From assembly GCA_049685715.1 (NCBI GenBank), contig JBAVHJ010000751.1, positions 1-41,748 of the forward strand: a DNA stretch of 41,748 nucleotides. The letters are read 5' to 3'. A program made the position numbers and the translations under genes. Shown here in pieces: positions 28,401 to 36,967 of the stretch. Source of the stretch: Terriglobia bacterium. Lineage in GTDB: Bacteria; Acidobacteriota; Terriglobia; JAIQFV01. How positions within the stretch are numbered: the stretch's first letter is position 1; each line of letters opens with the position of its first letter. The notes beneath the pieces were generated by a model. The model was not told the origin of the DNA. It did not search any database and worked only from the letters and a program-made list of their open reading frames with translations.

Positions 28401-28782
28401 GGCCAGTGCGGTGACCAGCGGCTCGGTCAACTCGAGGCTGAATAATTACATCAACCTGGGATCGTTTGCATCGTCACAGCAATTCATTGGGACTCCAGCC
28501 GCAGCGAATCCCAACTTCAGCCTGGGAGAGCCTTTCGGGACGACGGGGCGAAATATCTTCATTGGCCCCGATCAACGCAACATGGATTTCTCGATCATCA
28601 AGTTCTTCCCCATGAGCGAGCATCGCCGGGTTGAATTCCGGACGGAATTCTTCAACATTTTCAATACCGTGAATTTCGCTCAGCCGCAAGCGAACCTATC
28701 GACGCCCGCGACGTTTGGAAAGATCTTGTCAACGGCTTCAGGTCCGCGGGTGATCCAGTTCGCCCTGAAGTATTCGTTCTGA
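25432..28782 (+). CDS. TonB-dependent receptor with an N-terminal carboxypeptidase-regulatory-like domain
   Basis: AGGAGG lies 6 nt before the ATG. A signal peptide ends at ...ALRAQE, followed by a CarboxypepD_reg-like segment (GVVTDATGAVIPGVTAVLIS...LRPGTYTLELS), a plug, and a long barrel ending in ...ALKYSF. It is a paralog of 10079-13369. Confidence 0.9.
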   Translation: MKIKRMMISWLAVMLVLGGLSGTALRAQETTGTLRGVVTDATGAVIPGVTAVLISESGERRTLTTDATGNYVAALLRPGTYTLELSMKGFTTKKIEGVKVALTEVRDLDVTLEVSQTQETVTVTANADIVQTSTPTEGRVIEESTIRQLPLPTRNFQQLLTLSPGTVSSLSNNTDLGRGDVTISVNGQRTTSNDVRINGVDANSIGTNSTPNIATPSTDSLQEFKVQTSLYDASGGRNSGGAVAAITKSGTNGFHGDLYEFFRNRVLNANDFFLNSAHQPKPILTRNQFGATLGGPLKKDRTFFFVSYQGTRERNGASLSNSISSAFIDPHLTDSNRSKAGLATAFGLPAAAISDVSVALLNAKLPNGQFAIPSASTPSGVTPISAVSRFREDQFNINLDHRLSDRDSLSGKFFFATNPTFQALFSFAGLFNANQLPGFGGNLENEQRLLSIDETHIFSPTLINVFRFGFSRLRVTSTPEEPFTNAQFGIANPIASFFPGMSTIGVVGQWTIGSNAFADQSSRINMFQIGDTVSLTHGRHQIRIGGEVRRAQVNFFFNAFTRGQMNFASMPAFLLGAGVGILGSGVNNRALRTLDWNGFIQDDFKVSERLTLNFGLRYDLYGGASDIHGRLVNFIPSQFVGGTIASPAGPPNGFVQAGNADPGLPGVPKVDNALIPNDRNNFAPRFGFAWQPFRGSHLAIRGGYGIYYDRTSTRVYNTSFLNYPYYSVAIAVAKPFSNPFPALPVPTQFPVSPTIPSTLPGFPPPFPAGIAGVFYNPDYRTPYVQQYNLNIQWEPLKDYLLEVGYVGSKGTKLLQVFSFNQPIFTSALALPVTPFSCGLAVPCLSTQKNVTGGVQQVESSGNAHYDSLQVSLTKRFSRGLQFLASYTYANSIDTYSGSAINEVFNAPGDQRNLGLNRGKSDFIRTQRYVTSLVYDLPAFADEGTKVGKYLANHWQISSIVTLQSGLPFSVIESNGTSIISRANFAPGGTAASAVTSGSVNSRLNNYINLGSFASSQQFIGTPAAANPNFSLGEPFGTTGRNIFIGPDQRNMDFSIIKFFPMSEHRRVEFRTEFFNIFNTVNFAQPQANLSTPATFGKILSTASGPRVIQFALKYSF

Positions 28783-28791
28783 TTGAGTTGA

Positions 28792-28833
28792 GGGGTGGGC
28801 TTTCAACCATTGAGAGAGCCTGCCCCTTTTTTT
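28792..28833 (+). terminator. Probable Rho-independent terminator after TonB-dependent receptor 2
   Basis: GGGGTGGGC pairs with GCCTGCCCC as a 9-bp stem that includes two G-U pairs. The loop is 17 nt and is followed by TTTTTTT. Confidence 0.5.
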
Positions 28834-28897
28834 GTTTCCATGGAGCTGAGGAGCGCGATCGACTCCTTGAGTGGGGGATCCTTAGGAAAGGCCGGTC

Positions 28898-29707
28898 GTG
28901 CCAACCATCCCGGTTAACGACATCGAAATCTATTACGAGGAACACGGTTCCGGTCGACCGTTGATTCTCATTCAAGGACTAAGCTATGCCACGCCGATGT
29001 GGTATTGGCAGGTTGCTGACCTGAAGAACTTCTTTCGGGTGATCATCTTTGACAACCGCGGTTCGGGTCAGTCGTCCAAACCCGATATCCCGTATTCAAT
29101 GAAGTTGTTTGCCGCTGATGCGGCGGGCCTGATGGATGCGTTGAAGATCCCCAAGGCAAGTATCCTGGGCATCTCGATGGGGGGAATCATTGCGCAGGAA
29201 GTAGCCCTGTCATTTCCAGACCGTGTGACCCATTTGATCCTCTGTTCCACCCTCTATGGAGGCCCCACGGTGTCGCAACCCGATCCGGAGACCCTTGCCT
29301 ACCTTGCGGAATATCAAGAGAGTCCAAGCGATGAGCTCTTGAAGCTCGAGATTGCATATGGGACAGCCCCGGGATTCGGTGAACGCCATCCGGACCGCGT
29401 CGCGACACTGGTAAAGTTCAAACAACAATCCCGGCCGCCACGATTTGCCTATTACCGGCAGTTAATGTCCGCCATGGGATATGTCAACGAAGACCGGTTG
29501 CCCTCCCTCAGAATTCCAACATTGATTATTGCCGGGAAGCAGGATCGTATCATCCCGCCTGAAAATTCAGCGCGCCTCCATCGAATGATTGCGAATTCGG
29601 AGTTAAGACTCACCGACAACGCCGGACACCACGTCCACATTGAATATCCGGAGGAATTCAATCAGGCAGTGATTGAGTTTCTCAAGTCGTCCCTCCATCC
29701 CGAGTAA
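28898..29707 (+). CDS. Alpha/beta hydrolase fold protein
   Basis: GTG start. Contains the nucleophile elbow GISMGG, a C-terminal NAGHHVHIE histidine region, and an oxyanion region at LILIQGL. Confidence 0.85.
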   Translation: MPTIPVNDIEIYYEEHGSGRPLILIQGLSYATPMWYWQVADLKNFFRVIIFDNRGSGQSSKPDIPYSMKLFAADAAGLMDALKIPKASILGISMGGIIAQEVALSFPDRVTHLILCSTLYGGPTVSQPDPETLAYLAEYQESPSDELLKLEIAYGTAPGFGERHPDRVATLVKFKQQSRPPRFAYYRQLMSAMGYVNEDRLPSLRIPTLIIAGKQDRIIPPENSARLHRMIANSELRLTDNAGHHVHIEYPEEFNQAVIEFLKSSLHPE

Positions 29708-29876
29708 CGGGGCTTTAAATCTCATATTCTTGCAGTTTTGATTAAATGGGGGCTGACTACCGGAGACGCGGGGAGCGTGTGCTCGAGAATCGAACCTGAG
29801 GAGGATTCGGTTCAAGAAATATCGAGAAAGAACGAGGAGGTGGTCCGCCTGGTGGTTTGCTGAATGGGGAATGGCC

Positions 29877-29897
29877 GGAAGAAAGGTGAATTCTTCC
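29877..29897 (-). terminator. Perfect 7-bp hairpin 6 nt after the nagA stop, with no U-tract
   Basis: On the minus strand: GGAAGAA-TTCACCT-TTCTTCC. No T-run follows it, so its role as a terminator or an mRNA 3' stabiliser is uncertain. Confidence 0.3.
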
Positions 29898-29902
29898 TGT
29901 TG

Positions 29903-31084
29903 CTATTCGAAGGTCTTCGTTTCCACAAACGCCAAATTCTGGTCAAAGAAGTTGAATCGTGCCGGCATGCCCGCAGCAATGGAACCGTGATGCGCTTCAA
30001 TCCCCATGAGGCGGGCGATATTTAAGGAGGCGGTCTGCAGAGCTTCCCGGAAACTGCAACAGTGCCAATCCACGAGATGCTTCACGACCCGGTCCTGAGT
30101 AAGCGTTGATCCGGCCAACTGGCCGTCCGGACCGAGGCACACGCCATTCTTGACCTCAATTTCAAATCCTGCCAGTTGATAGCGCCCATCGGGCATGGAA
30201 GTGGCGCTAGTGGCATCAGTCACCCCCAGAATCTTCTCAAAGGATTTCTGCCGGAAAGCGATTTGAACATTCAGCGGATGTACATGAATCCCGTCGGCGA
30301 TAATCTCGCATGACAGACGGGGATCGGCCAGGGCGGCGCCCACGATCCCCGGGTCGCGTTGATTCCAGGGCCGCATTGCATTGAATAGATGAACGGCATG
30401 GGTCGCTCCCGCATTAATGGCCCGTTCCGTTTCTTCAAAGGTGGCGTTGCTATGACCTAACCCGATCTTAAGATCCAAGGATTTTGCATACCGGATGAAT
30501 TCGACGGCTCCCTCGATTTCCGGAGCGATGGTGAGGATCTCGATACGTTCATCCGAGGCATCCAGCAGGTCGTTAAGAAACTCCTTGGAAGGGGGCATGA
30601 TGTGTTGAATGGGGTGGGTCCCGCGCTTGGTCATGCTGATGAAAGGCCCTTCGAGGTGAATGCCGAGCGGAGTGGCCATCTCCTCCCGGCCTGGATTGGA
30701 AAACTCTCCGGCTTCCATCCTCTTGATGGCTTGGCCCAAGTACTCGACCGCGCTGAGGGTCTGGTCCCTCGAGGCTGTCACCGTGGTCGGGTAGTAGGCC
30801 GTCGTGCCATGGCGAAACAGCGAAGCCGAAACTGCCGACAGGACCTCGTCTGAAGGTTGCATCAGATCAAATCCCGCCCCTCCATGGACATGGATGTCAA
30901 CAAAACCAGGGGCAACAATCCGGTCAGGCGCTTCGATGAGCCTGGCTCCTGCGGGAATCTCCAGTTCATTTTTGGAGGCCAGGCGCTTGACCACCCCGTC
31001 CTCAACCAAAATCACGGCTTCCGGGATTTCTTCATGGGGCGTAATGACCGACTTGGTTTGAATGGCGGTTAACATGGCTTTCAA
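29903..31084 (-). CDS. nagA: N-acetylglucosamine-6-phosphate deacetylase
   Basis: The metal-binding motif APGFVDIHVHGGAGFD, the HLEGPF and GHSNAT motifs, and the 393-aa length fit NagA. The ORF begins at TTG 31084, and ATG 31075 is an alternative start. Confidence 0.9.
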   Translation of the reverse strand: MKAMLTAIQTKSVITPHEEIPEAVILVEDGVVKRLASKNELEIPAGARLIEAPDRIVAPGFVDIHVHGGAGFDLMQPSDEVLSAVSASLFRHGTTAYYPTTVTASRDQTLSAVEYLGQAIKRMEAGEFSNPGREEMATPLGIHLEGPFISMTKRGTHPIQHIMPPSKEFLNDLLDASDERIEILTIAPEIEGAVEFIRYAKSLDLKIGLGHSNATFEETERAINAGATHAVHLFNAMRPWNQRDPGIVGAALADPRLSCEIIADGIHVHPLNVQIAFRQKSFEKILGVTDATSATSMPDGRYQLAGFEIEVKNGVCLGPDGQLAGSTLTQDRVVKHLVDWHCCSFREALQTASLNIARLMGIEAHHGSIAAGMPARFNFFDQNLAFVETKTFE

Positions 31085-31114
31085 TCCATATGAGAGGAGG
31101 ATATTCGGTTCAAC

Positions 31115-32056
31115 TCATCGGGAAGACCTGCGACGCGTTTCTGTGAGCCTGGTCTTTCCCAGGGCTTTTCGCAAATTACCCTTGGCAAGTCTTAAGATGT
31201 TTTGGGCGGTGAGCACATTGCACTTTCGCCCCAGCATAACTGCGACGATCCTCAGATCGCCGTGGGCTGACGCCAGGGCTTTTCTGGCCACGACCTCATC
31301 GGCACCGGTGATTTCCTGCAGGATGCGGATGCCGCGTCTCACCAGCTTCTCATTCTTCATGTGAACGTTTATCATCAAGTTCGAATAGACCGCGCCCAGC
31401 CGCACCATGGTTGCGGTTGAAAGAATATTACATATCATTTTCTGTGCCGAGCCGGCCTTCATGCGCGTTGAGCCCGTCAGAGCCTCCGGGCCGGTCAGGG
31501 CTTCAATGGTGAGGCCGGCGATTTTCTTCATTTCGGAACGGGGATTATTAACAAGGGCGATGGTCTTCGCTCCCATGGCATTGGCAAACCGCAACGCCCC
31601 GCATGTGTAAGGGGTACGCCCGCTGGCGGCAATCCCCACAATGACATCCCGCGCCGAGACCCCCTTTTTGAGGAGGTCACGTGCCCCGGCGTCGGCGTCG
31701 TCCTCGTTGGCTTCGCCAGCTCGATAACAGGTCTCGAACCCGCCGGCGATGACCCCCTGAATTTGCCCAGGTTCAGTATTAAAGGTAGGGGGACATTCAA
31801 CAGCATCGAGGATTCCGATCCTCCCGCTGGTTCCCGCGCCCACGTATATCAACCGGCCCCCCCGGATCATCTGACTTGAGATGATCTCGACCGCGCGGGT
31901 GATCTGAGGGATGGAGCGGCGGACGGCCTTAACCACCTCTTGATCTTCATCATTAAGCAGCTCAACAAGCCTCCGCGCCGGCAGAATATCGAGTTGCCAC
32001 GTGCGGGGATTTCGAGACTCGGTCGTTGAGGGAACTAAGTTTCTCTTGATTTTCAC
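31115..32056 (-). CDS. murQ: N-acetylmuramic acid 6-phosphate etherase
   Basis: GGRLIYVGAGTSGRIGILDAVECPPTF and GIAASGRTPY align with E. coli MurQ. Start set at GTG 32056, about 12 aa before TTESRNP. The track's longer start at 32182 would overlap the upstream gene by more than 100 nt. Confidence 0.9.
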   Translation of the reverse strand: MKIKRNLVPSTTESRNPRTWQLDILPARRLVELLNDEDQEVVKAVRRSIPQITRAVEIISSQMIRGGRLIYVGAGTSGRIGILDAVECPPTFNTEPGQIQGVIAGGFETCYRAGEANEDDADAGARDLLKKGVSARDVIVGIAASGRTPYTCGALRFANAMGAKTIALVNNPRSEMKKIAGLTIEALTGPEALTGSTRMKAGSAQKMICNILSTATMVRLGAVYSNLMINVHMKNEKLVRRGIRILQEITGADEVVARKALASAHGDLRIVAVMLGRKCNVLTAQNILRLAKGNLRKALGKTRLTETRRRSSR

Positions 32057-32072
32057 GGCTAAAAGGATCTCT

Positions 32073-32564
32073 CTAATCGCTGCGAACCTTGATGCGCTGT
32101 TGAAGAAGAACCCGGACCTCCTCCAATCCCTCCCGCCTCGTTTTCCCCTCCGGAGTCTCGATGATGATCCAGATCGAATCACTCGGCAATGTCTCTGTTG
32201 CGCTGAGTTTCAGTATCACCATGCCCAGCATCGAAACCGTGGAAAAGCATTCAATATCATTAAAGGCAATTCCATAAGAAGGGAGGTGTGAAGAGAACAC
32301 CTGGAACCCGCTTTCGGTGATTTCCACTTGCTTTAGGCGGCTTCCCAATGGAGCCAGTGCCGCAACGACCCCAAGGATGGCCACCAACACGGCTATTCGG
32401 GCAACAGAATCTGTGATGAGTTTCTCATAAATTACATAGCTCCCCACCAAAATAAGAAAGAGCGGCCCCGCAATCGATACTATGTGCAAGGTATCGGTAA
32501 GGGCAATCGAAGAGCGGAAGAGCCGTTTTGGATTGGACACAAGGTTCTCGTGAGAACGAGCCAT
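32073..32564 (-). CDS. Hypothetical two-TM membrane protein with a C-terminal soluble domain
   Basis: 163-aa ORF that fits between the SSS transporter and murQ, ending 16 nt before the murQ start. It has two hydrophobic helices (IVSIAGPLFLILVGSYVIY and IAVLVAILGVVAALAPLG). I recognise no domain with confidence, although the topology resembles bacterial PH-domain proteins. Confidence 0.5.
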   Translation of the reverse strand: MARSHENLVSNPKRLFRSSIALTDTLHIVSIAGPLFLILVGSYVIYEKLITDSVARIAVLVAILGVVAALAPLGSRLKQVEITESGFQVFSSHLPSYGIAFNDIECFSTVSMLGMVILKLSATETLPSDSIWIIIETPEGKTRREGLEEVRVLLQQRIKVRSD

Positions 32565-32655
32565 TCAATTCGAGCCGGTGGCCGAGTCGGTTCATGGAAT
32601 CAGGCCTCTCTTGTTGCCCTGACCCGATCCATCAAGGGAATACGACGTCCCGAAG

Positions 32656-34443
32656 CTACTCCAGGACTGTTTTCCAGCCCCGACGGTTGAGATCCCAATA
32701 AATGACGTACCCGGCAACCACGGCGATAACAAGAAATCCTATCCCCATTCCCATCTGCCCAAAGATGATCTTACCCACGCCGAATAGGGTCATATAGACC
32801 ATGACGCAACCCGAGATCCAATCAAGGAAATTATAGAGGGCGTCATGATTGGGTACAACGTCGGCGGCATCCCGCGCGATGGGTCCCCACAGGGCCGCGC
32901 TCGGTCGGACCCGCCGATAAAAAGAGAGCAAAATCTCTTTCTTCTCAGCAGCGGTCATCAGGGTCACGGTGAGCCAGACCGTGGTTGAACAAGCGACCGT
33001 AATAATGACAATCCACGCAAAGTCGCGAGGGTTATTGCTGCTCATCTTGAAGTAGAACTGCAGGCCTAGCGAGACGACAAACGATGTAGCCATTGCCGCG
33101 ACCTCGCTCCATGCATTGATTCGCCACCAGAACCAGCGCAAGATGTAAACGCTTCCGGTCCCTGCCCCGATCGCTATGAGGAACTTCCATGCACCCGCGA
33201 TCGAGTCCTGGTAGTAGGTGACCACACAGGATATCAGCATGATGAAAATCGTGGCCACCTGGGAGACCGTGACATAATGCTTCTCGTTTCGCCCCTTCAG
33301 CAAAAAGCGTTTGTAAAAATCATTGACCAGATATGAGGCACCCCAATTCAGCTGCGTGCCGATGGTGGACATGTAGGCGGCGGCGAATGCAGCGATCATC
33401 ACCCCTCGAAGCGCCACGGGAAAAACGTTGGGGTCGACAATAGTTTTGATGAATCCGGATTCCTTGTCGACCAGCGTGGGGTACAAAACCAGCGAGCAGA
33501 GCGCCGTCAAGATCCACGGCCAGGGCCGCATCGCATAATGGGCGATATTGAACCAGAGGGTGGCCAATAATGAGTTCTTCTCATCCTTGGCACAGAAGAT
33601 CCGTTGGGCAATGTAGCCTCCGCCGCCCGGCTCCGCCCCGGGGTACCACGTAGCCCACCAGTTTATGGCAATGTAAACAAAGAAGGTGATCATCGGCATC
33701 CAGGGCGACCCGACGGTAGGGGTAAATGAGAGAATCGAGCCTTGACCTCCGCTTGCGGCCTCCTTGGCCGCGTCGAGTGCCAGCAGCTTTTCCTTTAACA
33801 TGCCCATGCCCCCGACCGCTTTCACCGAGAAATAAGCCAGGATGATGACCATGCCCATTTTTAACACAAACTGAAAAAGGTCCATGACCAGCACGCCCCA
33901 GAGTCCTGAAAGAGTTGAAATCATGGCCGTCACAAGCATAATGCCAAAGACGAGCATGAGGGCATGGAGTTTGGTGACTCCGAAGATGATCATCAGGATC
34001 TTGACCATGGCAAGATTGACCCATCCCATGATGATGCAATTAATGGGGAGCCCAAGGTAAAGCGATCGAAACCCGCGGAGGAAAGCCGCTGGTTTACCGC
34101 TATACCGGATTTCTGCAAACTCGACATCCGTCAGGACCCCTGCCCGGCGCCACAGACGGGCATAAAAGAACACGGTGAGCATCCCACTCATCAGCATGCT
34201 CCACCACAACCAGTTACCCGCTATGCCATAGCTGGCCACCATTCCGGTGACCGCCAGGGGCGTATCCGCGGCGAAAGTGGTCGCCACCATTGAAGTTCCC
34301 GCTAACCACCAGGAGACATTTCGCCCACTGACAAAAAAGTCTTCAGTCGAACCTGTGGCACGCTTCCGGTAATAAAGGCCAATGATGATATTGAACAGAA
34401 AATATGCCGCGATGGCGAGCCAGTCAATCCAGGTGAGTTGCAA
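32656..34443 (-). CDS. Sodium:solute symporter (SSS) family transporter
   Basis: 595 aa and multi-pass. The N-terminus is typical of the family (DWLAIAAYFLFNIIIGLYYRKRATGSTEDFFVSGRN). TTG start lies 7 nt after GGAGG. Confidence 0.9.
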   Translation of the reverse strand: MQLTWIDWLAIAAYFLFNIIIGLYYRKRATGSTEDFFVSGRNVSWWLAGTSMVATTFAADTPLAVTGMVASYGIAGNWLWWSMLMSGMLTVFFYARLWRRAGVLTDVEFAEIRYSGKPAAFLRGFRSLYLGLPINCIIMGWVNLAMVKILMIIFGVTKLHALMLVFGIMLVTAMISTLSGLWGVLVMDLFQFVLKMGMVIILAYFSVKAVGGMGMLKEKLLALDAAKEAASGGQGSILSFTPTVGSPWMPMITFFVYIAINWWATWYPGAEPGGGGYIAQRIFCAKDEKNSLLATLWFNIAHYAMRPWPWILTALCSLVLYPTLVDKESGFIKTIVDPNVFPVALRGVMIAAFAAAYMSTIGTQLNWGASYLVNDFYKRFLLKGRNEKHYVTVSQVATIFIMLISCVVTYYQDSIAGAWKFLIAIGAGTGSVYILRWFWWRINAWSEVAAMATSFVVSLGLQFYFKMSSNNPRDFAWIVIITVACSTTVWLTVTLMTAAEKKEILLSFYRRVRPSAALWGPIARDAADVVPNHDALYNFLDWISGCVMVYMTLFGVGKIIFGQMGMGIGFLVIAVVAGYVIYWDLNRRGWKTVLE

Positions 34444-34595
34444 GTGAAACCTCCAAGGAGATAGGAGTTAGAAATAACAGCCGTCTTTGATCGGTCTCAT
34501 GCGCTGACCCGAGTTAGCCCTTGGTGCTTTGCGACGGTCTCCCGAGCGATCCTGTTTGCGGCGGGATCGGCCAATGGATGGCACGGCAAAGGCTC

Positions 34596-35531
34596 TTAGA
34601 AAATTCTATGACCCAGGAAATTCGCCCGGGCCAGCATCAGGGCTCCCTCCACTGCGGACTTCCTGGGAAAGCAGACATTTGCGCGCGGAGCAAATCGGTG
34701 AACATACCATGCAAAGGAATCCCGGACCTGCCTGCTGGAGTGAAACACCCCGCCGGCTGTGCCGCAGATGAAATCCTGGTTGTGCAGGTCCAGTTTACGA
34801 ACGACCGCTTCAGCGGTGGAAGAAAGATCGTGCCCAGCCCGTTCAAGAAGTTTGTTGGCAATGATATCCCCGCCGTCAGCCACGGATTGGACAAGGGGAA
34901 ATAAGGAGGCGATTCGACCGGCAGTGGTGTAATCCCGGTGAATCGCGATCAACAGGTTATCGACATTTTCGGCGGCGAGTTCTTCGAGAAAGGCCTGCGT
35001 CAGCCGCGTTGGCGGCTCGAGTCCGTCATGAGCCCGAAAGACTTCATTGAAGGCATTCCGGACGATGTCGTAGCCGCTTCCGAAATCATCAACAATGTGA
35101 CCCCATCCACCGGCCCGCGCGCGTTGACGCTGAGCGTTCATGCCATAGGCGATGGAACCAGTGCCCGAGATGACCACCATTCCCGGTTCTCCCTCCGTGG
35201 CTCCCATCAGAGCGGTGGTCGCATCACCAACGACAGAGATTCTGTCGATGGGAATAATTTTGGAGAGGATTTCGATGATCTGTTTCTGGATCGTCGGCCG
35301 ATCGACTCCTGCCAACCCGGCGCAAATGGAGACGACCTCCGATCGGGAGGCCCGGGCTTTCGTGAGAGAACCATCAATAACGTTTTCGAGTGCAGCGGCC
35401 GAGGCCGCCGCGTCCACCTTGAATACGTTAGACGGACCGGCTTCAAATCGCCCAAGAATTTCGCCGTCTTCTCTCGCGGCAGCCGCTTCGGTTTTGGTCC
35501 CGCCCCCGTCGATGCCGATCAGGATCTTCAT
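34596..35531 (-). CDS. BadF/BadG/BcrA/BcrD-type ATPase; N-acetylglucosamine/N-acetylmuramic acid kinase-like
   Basis: Contains ILIGIDGGGTKTE, ISGTGSIA and GGWGHIVDDFGSG. It sits in the same operon as murQ and nagA. Confidence 0.85.
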   Translation of the reverse strand: MKILIGIDGGGTKTEAAAAREDGEILGRFEAGPSNVFKVDAAASAAALENVIDGSLTKARASRSEVVSICAGLAGVDRPTIQKQIIEILSKIIPIDRISVVGDATTALMGATEGEPGMVVISGTGSIAYGMNAQRQRARAGGWGHIVDDFGSGYDIVRNAFNEVFRAHDGLEPPTRLTQAFLEELAAENVDNLLIAIHRDYTTAGRIASLFPLVQSVADGGDIIANKLLERAGHDLSSTAEAVVRKLDLHNQDFICGTAGGVFHSSRQVRDSFAWYVHRFAPRANVCFPRKSAVEGALMLARANFLGHRIF

Positions 35532-35665
35532 AAAATAACTTCTTCCGTTTGACGCTTTCCGAATTCATCTTTCCGCGGGATCCCAAAGTCGGGGAAAAGA
35601 TCCCCCGGGTCATTGATCTCATGATCGAGCCGATCCCCAATCAGGTAAAGCACGGCCGCGTCATT

Positions 35666-36706
35666 TCATACCGTATGGGTGATCTTACTGAGAGACCGCG
35701 GTCTGTCGGGACTCAGCCCCTTCGTCTCCGCGAGCAAAGCGGCGAACAATTGGCCGGGAACGATGTAGGGGATTGGAGAATAGAGATCATCGATCCGGTC
35801 ACGCACTCTCAGGGGGCGCGTTGCGAACTTAAGGATTTGAGGTTCACTCGATATGATCACAGTCTCAGCCTTTAAGCGCACCAGTTGGCGTGTGAGTCTG
35901 AGCATGCCAGGGTACGCTCTCCCAGGCGCGGCAAAAAGAATGACGGGGAATCCGCCTTCAACCATGGCGATCGGCCCATGGAGAAAATCGGCCGATGAAA
36001 AACGCTCCGCCATGACATAGCAGGTCTCCATCAACTTGATGCCCAACTCAAAGGCATTGGCGTAGTTGAGACCCCGGCCGACCACGGCGCACTGTCGCAT
36101 GAAGCGGTAGCGTTCCACGATCTCGCGAATGGTTTTTTTCAACATGAGGGATCGGGCTGTCCATTCGGGGATCCGCGAGAGGGGTTTGCTCCACGCATGG
36201 GGGAAGCCTCGGAGGGATGCCGCCAGAAGATAAAACACCATCAACTGGGTCGTGTAGGTCTTGGTTGCGGCCACGCTTTTTTCCAGCCCCGCCCGCGTTA
36301 CAAAAACTTCATCCACCAGGGCTGCCAAGGTCGAACGGGAATCGTTGGTAATGCCGATGGTCAGCGCCCCGCACTGCTTCGCGTGCTGGATCGTCAAATT
36401 AATATCGGTGGATTCTCCGGATTGGGAAATTCCGATAGCCAGAGCGTTGGAAAGACGCAGCTTGGCCCGGTAGAGCGTGTGAACCGAGGGGGCGGCCAAG
36501 GACACGGGAATCCCCGTTGTAATTTCCAGCAGGTAGCGCCCGAATTGAGCGGCATTATCGGAGGTTCCTCGTGCGACCAACACGATCAGTGATGGATTCC
36601 TTTTCAGGAGAATCTTGCTCAGTCGCTCAGCATGCGTCCATTCTGAATTCAAGGTGCGCTCGAGTACTCGGGGTTGTTCATCGATTTCCTGAAGCATCAA
36701 GGACAT
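35666..36706 (-). CDS. SIS-domain sugar isomerase/deaminase (GlmS isomerase-half-like; NagB-II-type glucosamine-6-P deaminase candidate)
   Basis: Has two SIS repeats (VARGTSDNAA, GISQSGESTD) and no glutaminase domain. Start set at ATG 36706. A TGtTACAAT extended -10 at 36802-36810 lies inside the track's longer N-terminal extension. Confidence 0.85.
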   Translation of the reverse strand: MSLMLQEIDEQPRVLERTLNSEWTHAERLSKILLKRNPSLIVLVARGTSDNAAQFGRYLLEITTGIPVSLAAPSVHTLYRAKLRLSNALAIGISQSGESTDINLTIQHAKQCGALTIGITNDSRSTLAALVDEVFVTRAGLEKSVAATKTYTTQLMVFYLLAASLRGFPHAWSKPLSRIPEWTARSLMLKKTIREIVERYRFMRQCAVVGRGLNYANAFELGIKLMETCYVMAERFSSADFLHGPIAMVEGGFPVILFAAPGRAYPGMLRLTRQLVRLKAETVIISSEPQILKFATRPLRVRDRIDDLYSPIPYIVPGQLFAALLAETKGLSPDRPRSLSKITHTV

Positions 36707-36967
36707 GAAGATGATCGCCCCTCCATTGGGCGAGTCGGCCGTGGCGGATGAGACAGGTGCCTCTGCATGGCTCGTGTTCGGCAATGCCCGATCGTTGAGA
36801 AATTGTAACACAAAAAAACCACGGGAAGATTTGAGGCTGTCATTTCTGGGCTATGCGCCGGTGTCCACGAGTTCCTGATCCGGAGAAAGCCTCTGCTCAC
36901 TTGCATCCATGAAATCTCGAGTGAGAAATGGGTTCGAAAAGGCCGCCAAGGCTAGACTGGACTCTCC

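Noticed and set aside
29748-29800. tRNA/tmRNA-like fragments: GGGGCTGA on the plus strand (29748-29755) and a T-loop-like GGTTCGATTCTC on the minus strand (29785-29796).
   Set aside because: They lie on opposite strands. The T-stem has a central mismatch, no complementary acceptor stem or anticodon arm can be drawn, and the space before nagA is too short for a tmRNA.
31115-32182. Longer track starts for murQ (32182), the SIS protein (36811), receptor 1 (13459), the OppB-like permease (39038), the DsbD-like protein (2917) and the M20 peptidase (13581).
   Set aside because: The N-terminal extensions are Arg/Ser-rich and lack homology. They overlap upstream genes or contain promoter-like elements. 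Internal starts give N-termini matching the respective families and, in most cases, a better ribosome-binding site.
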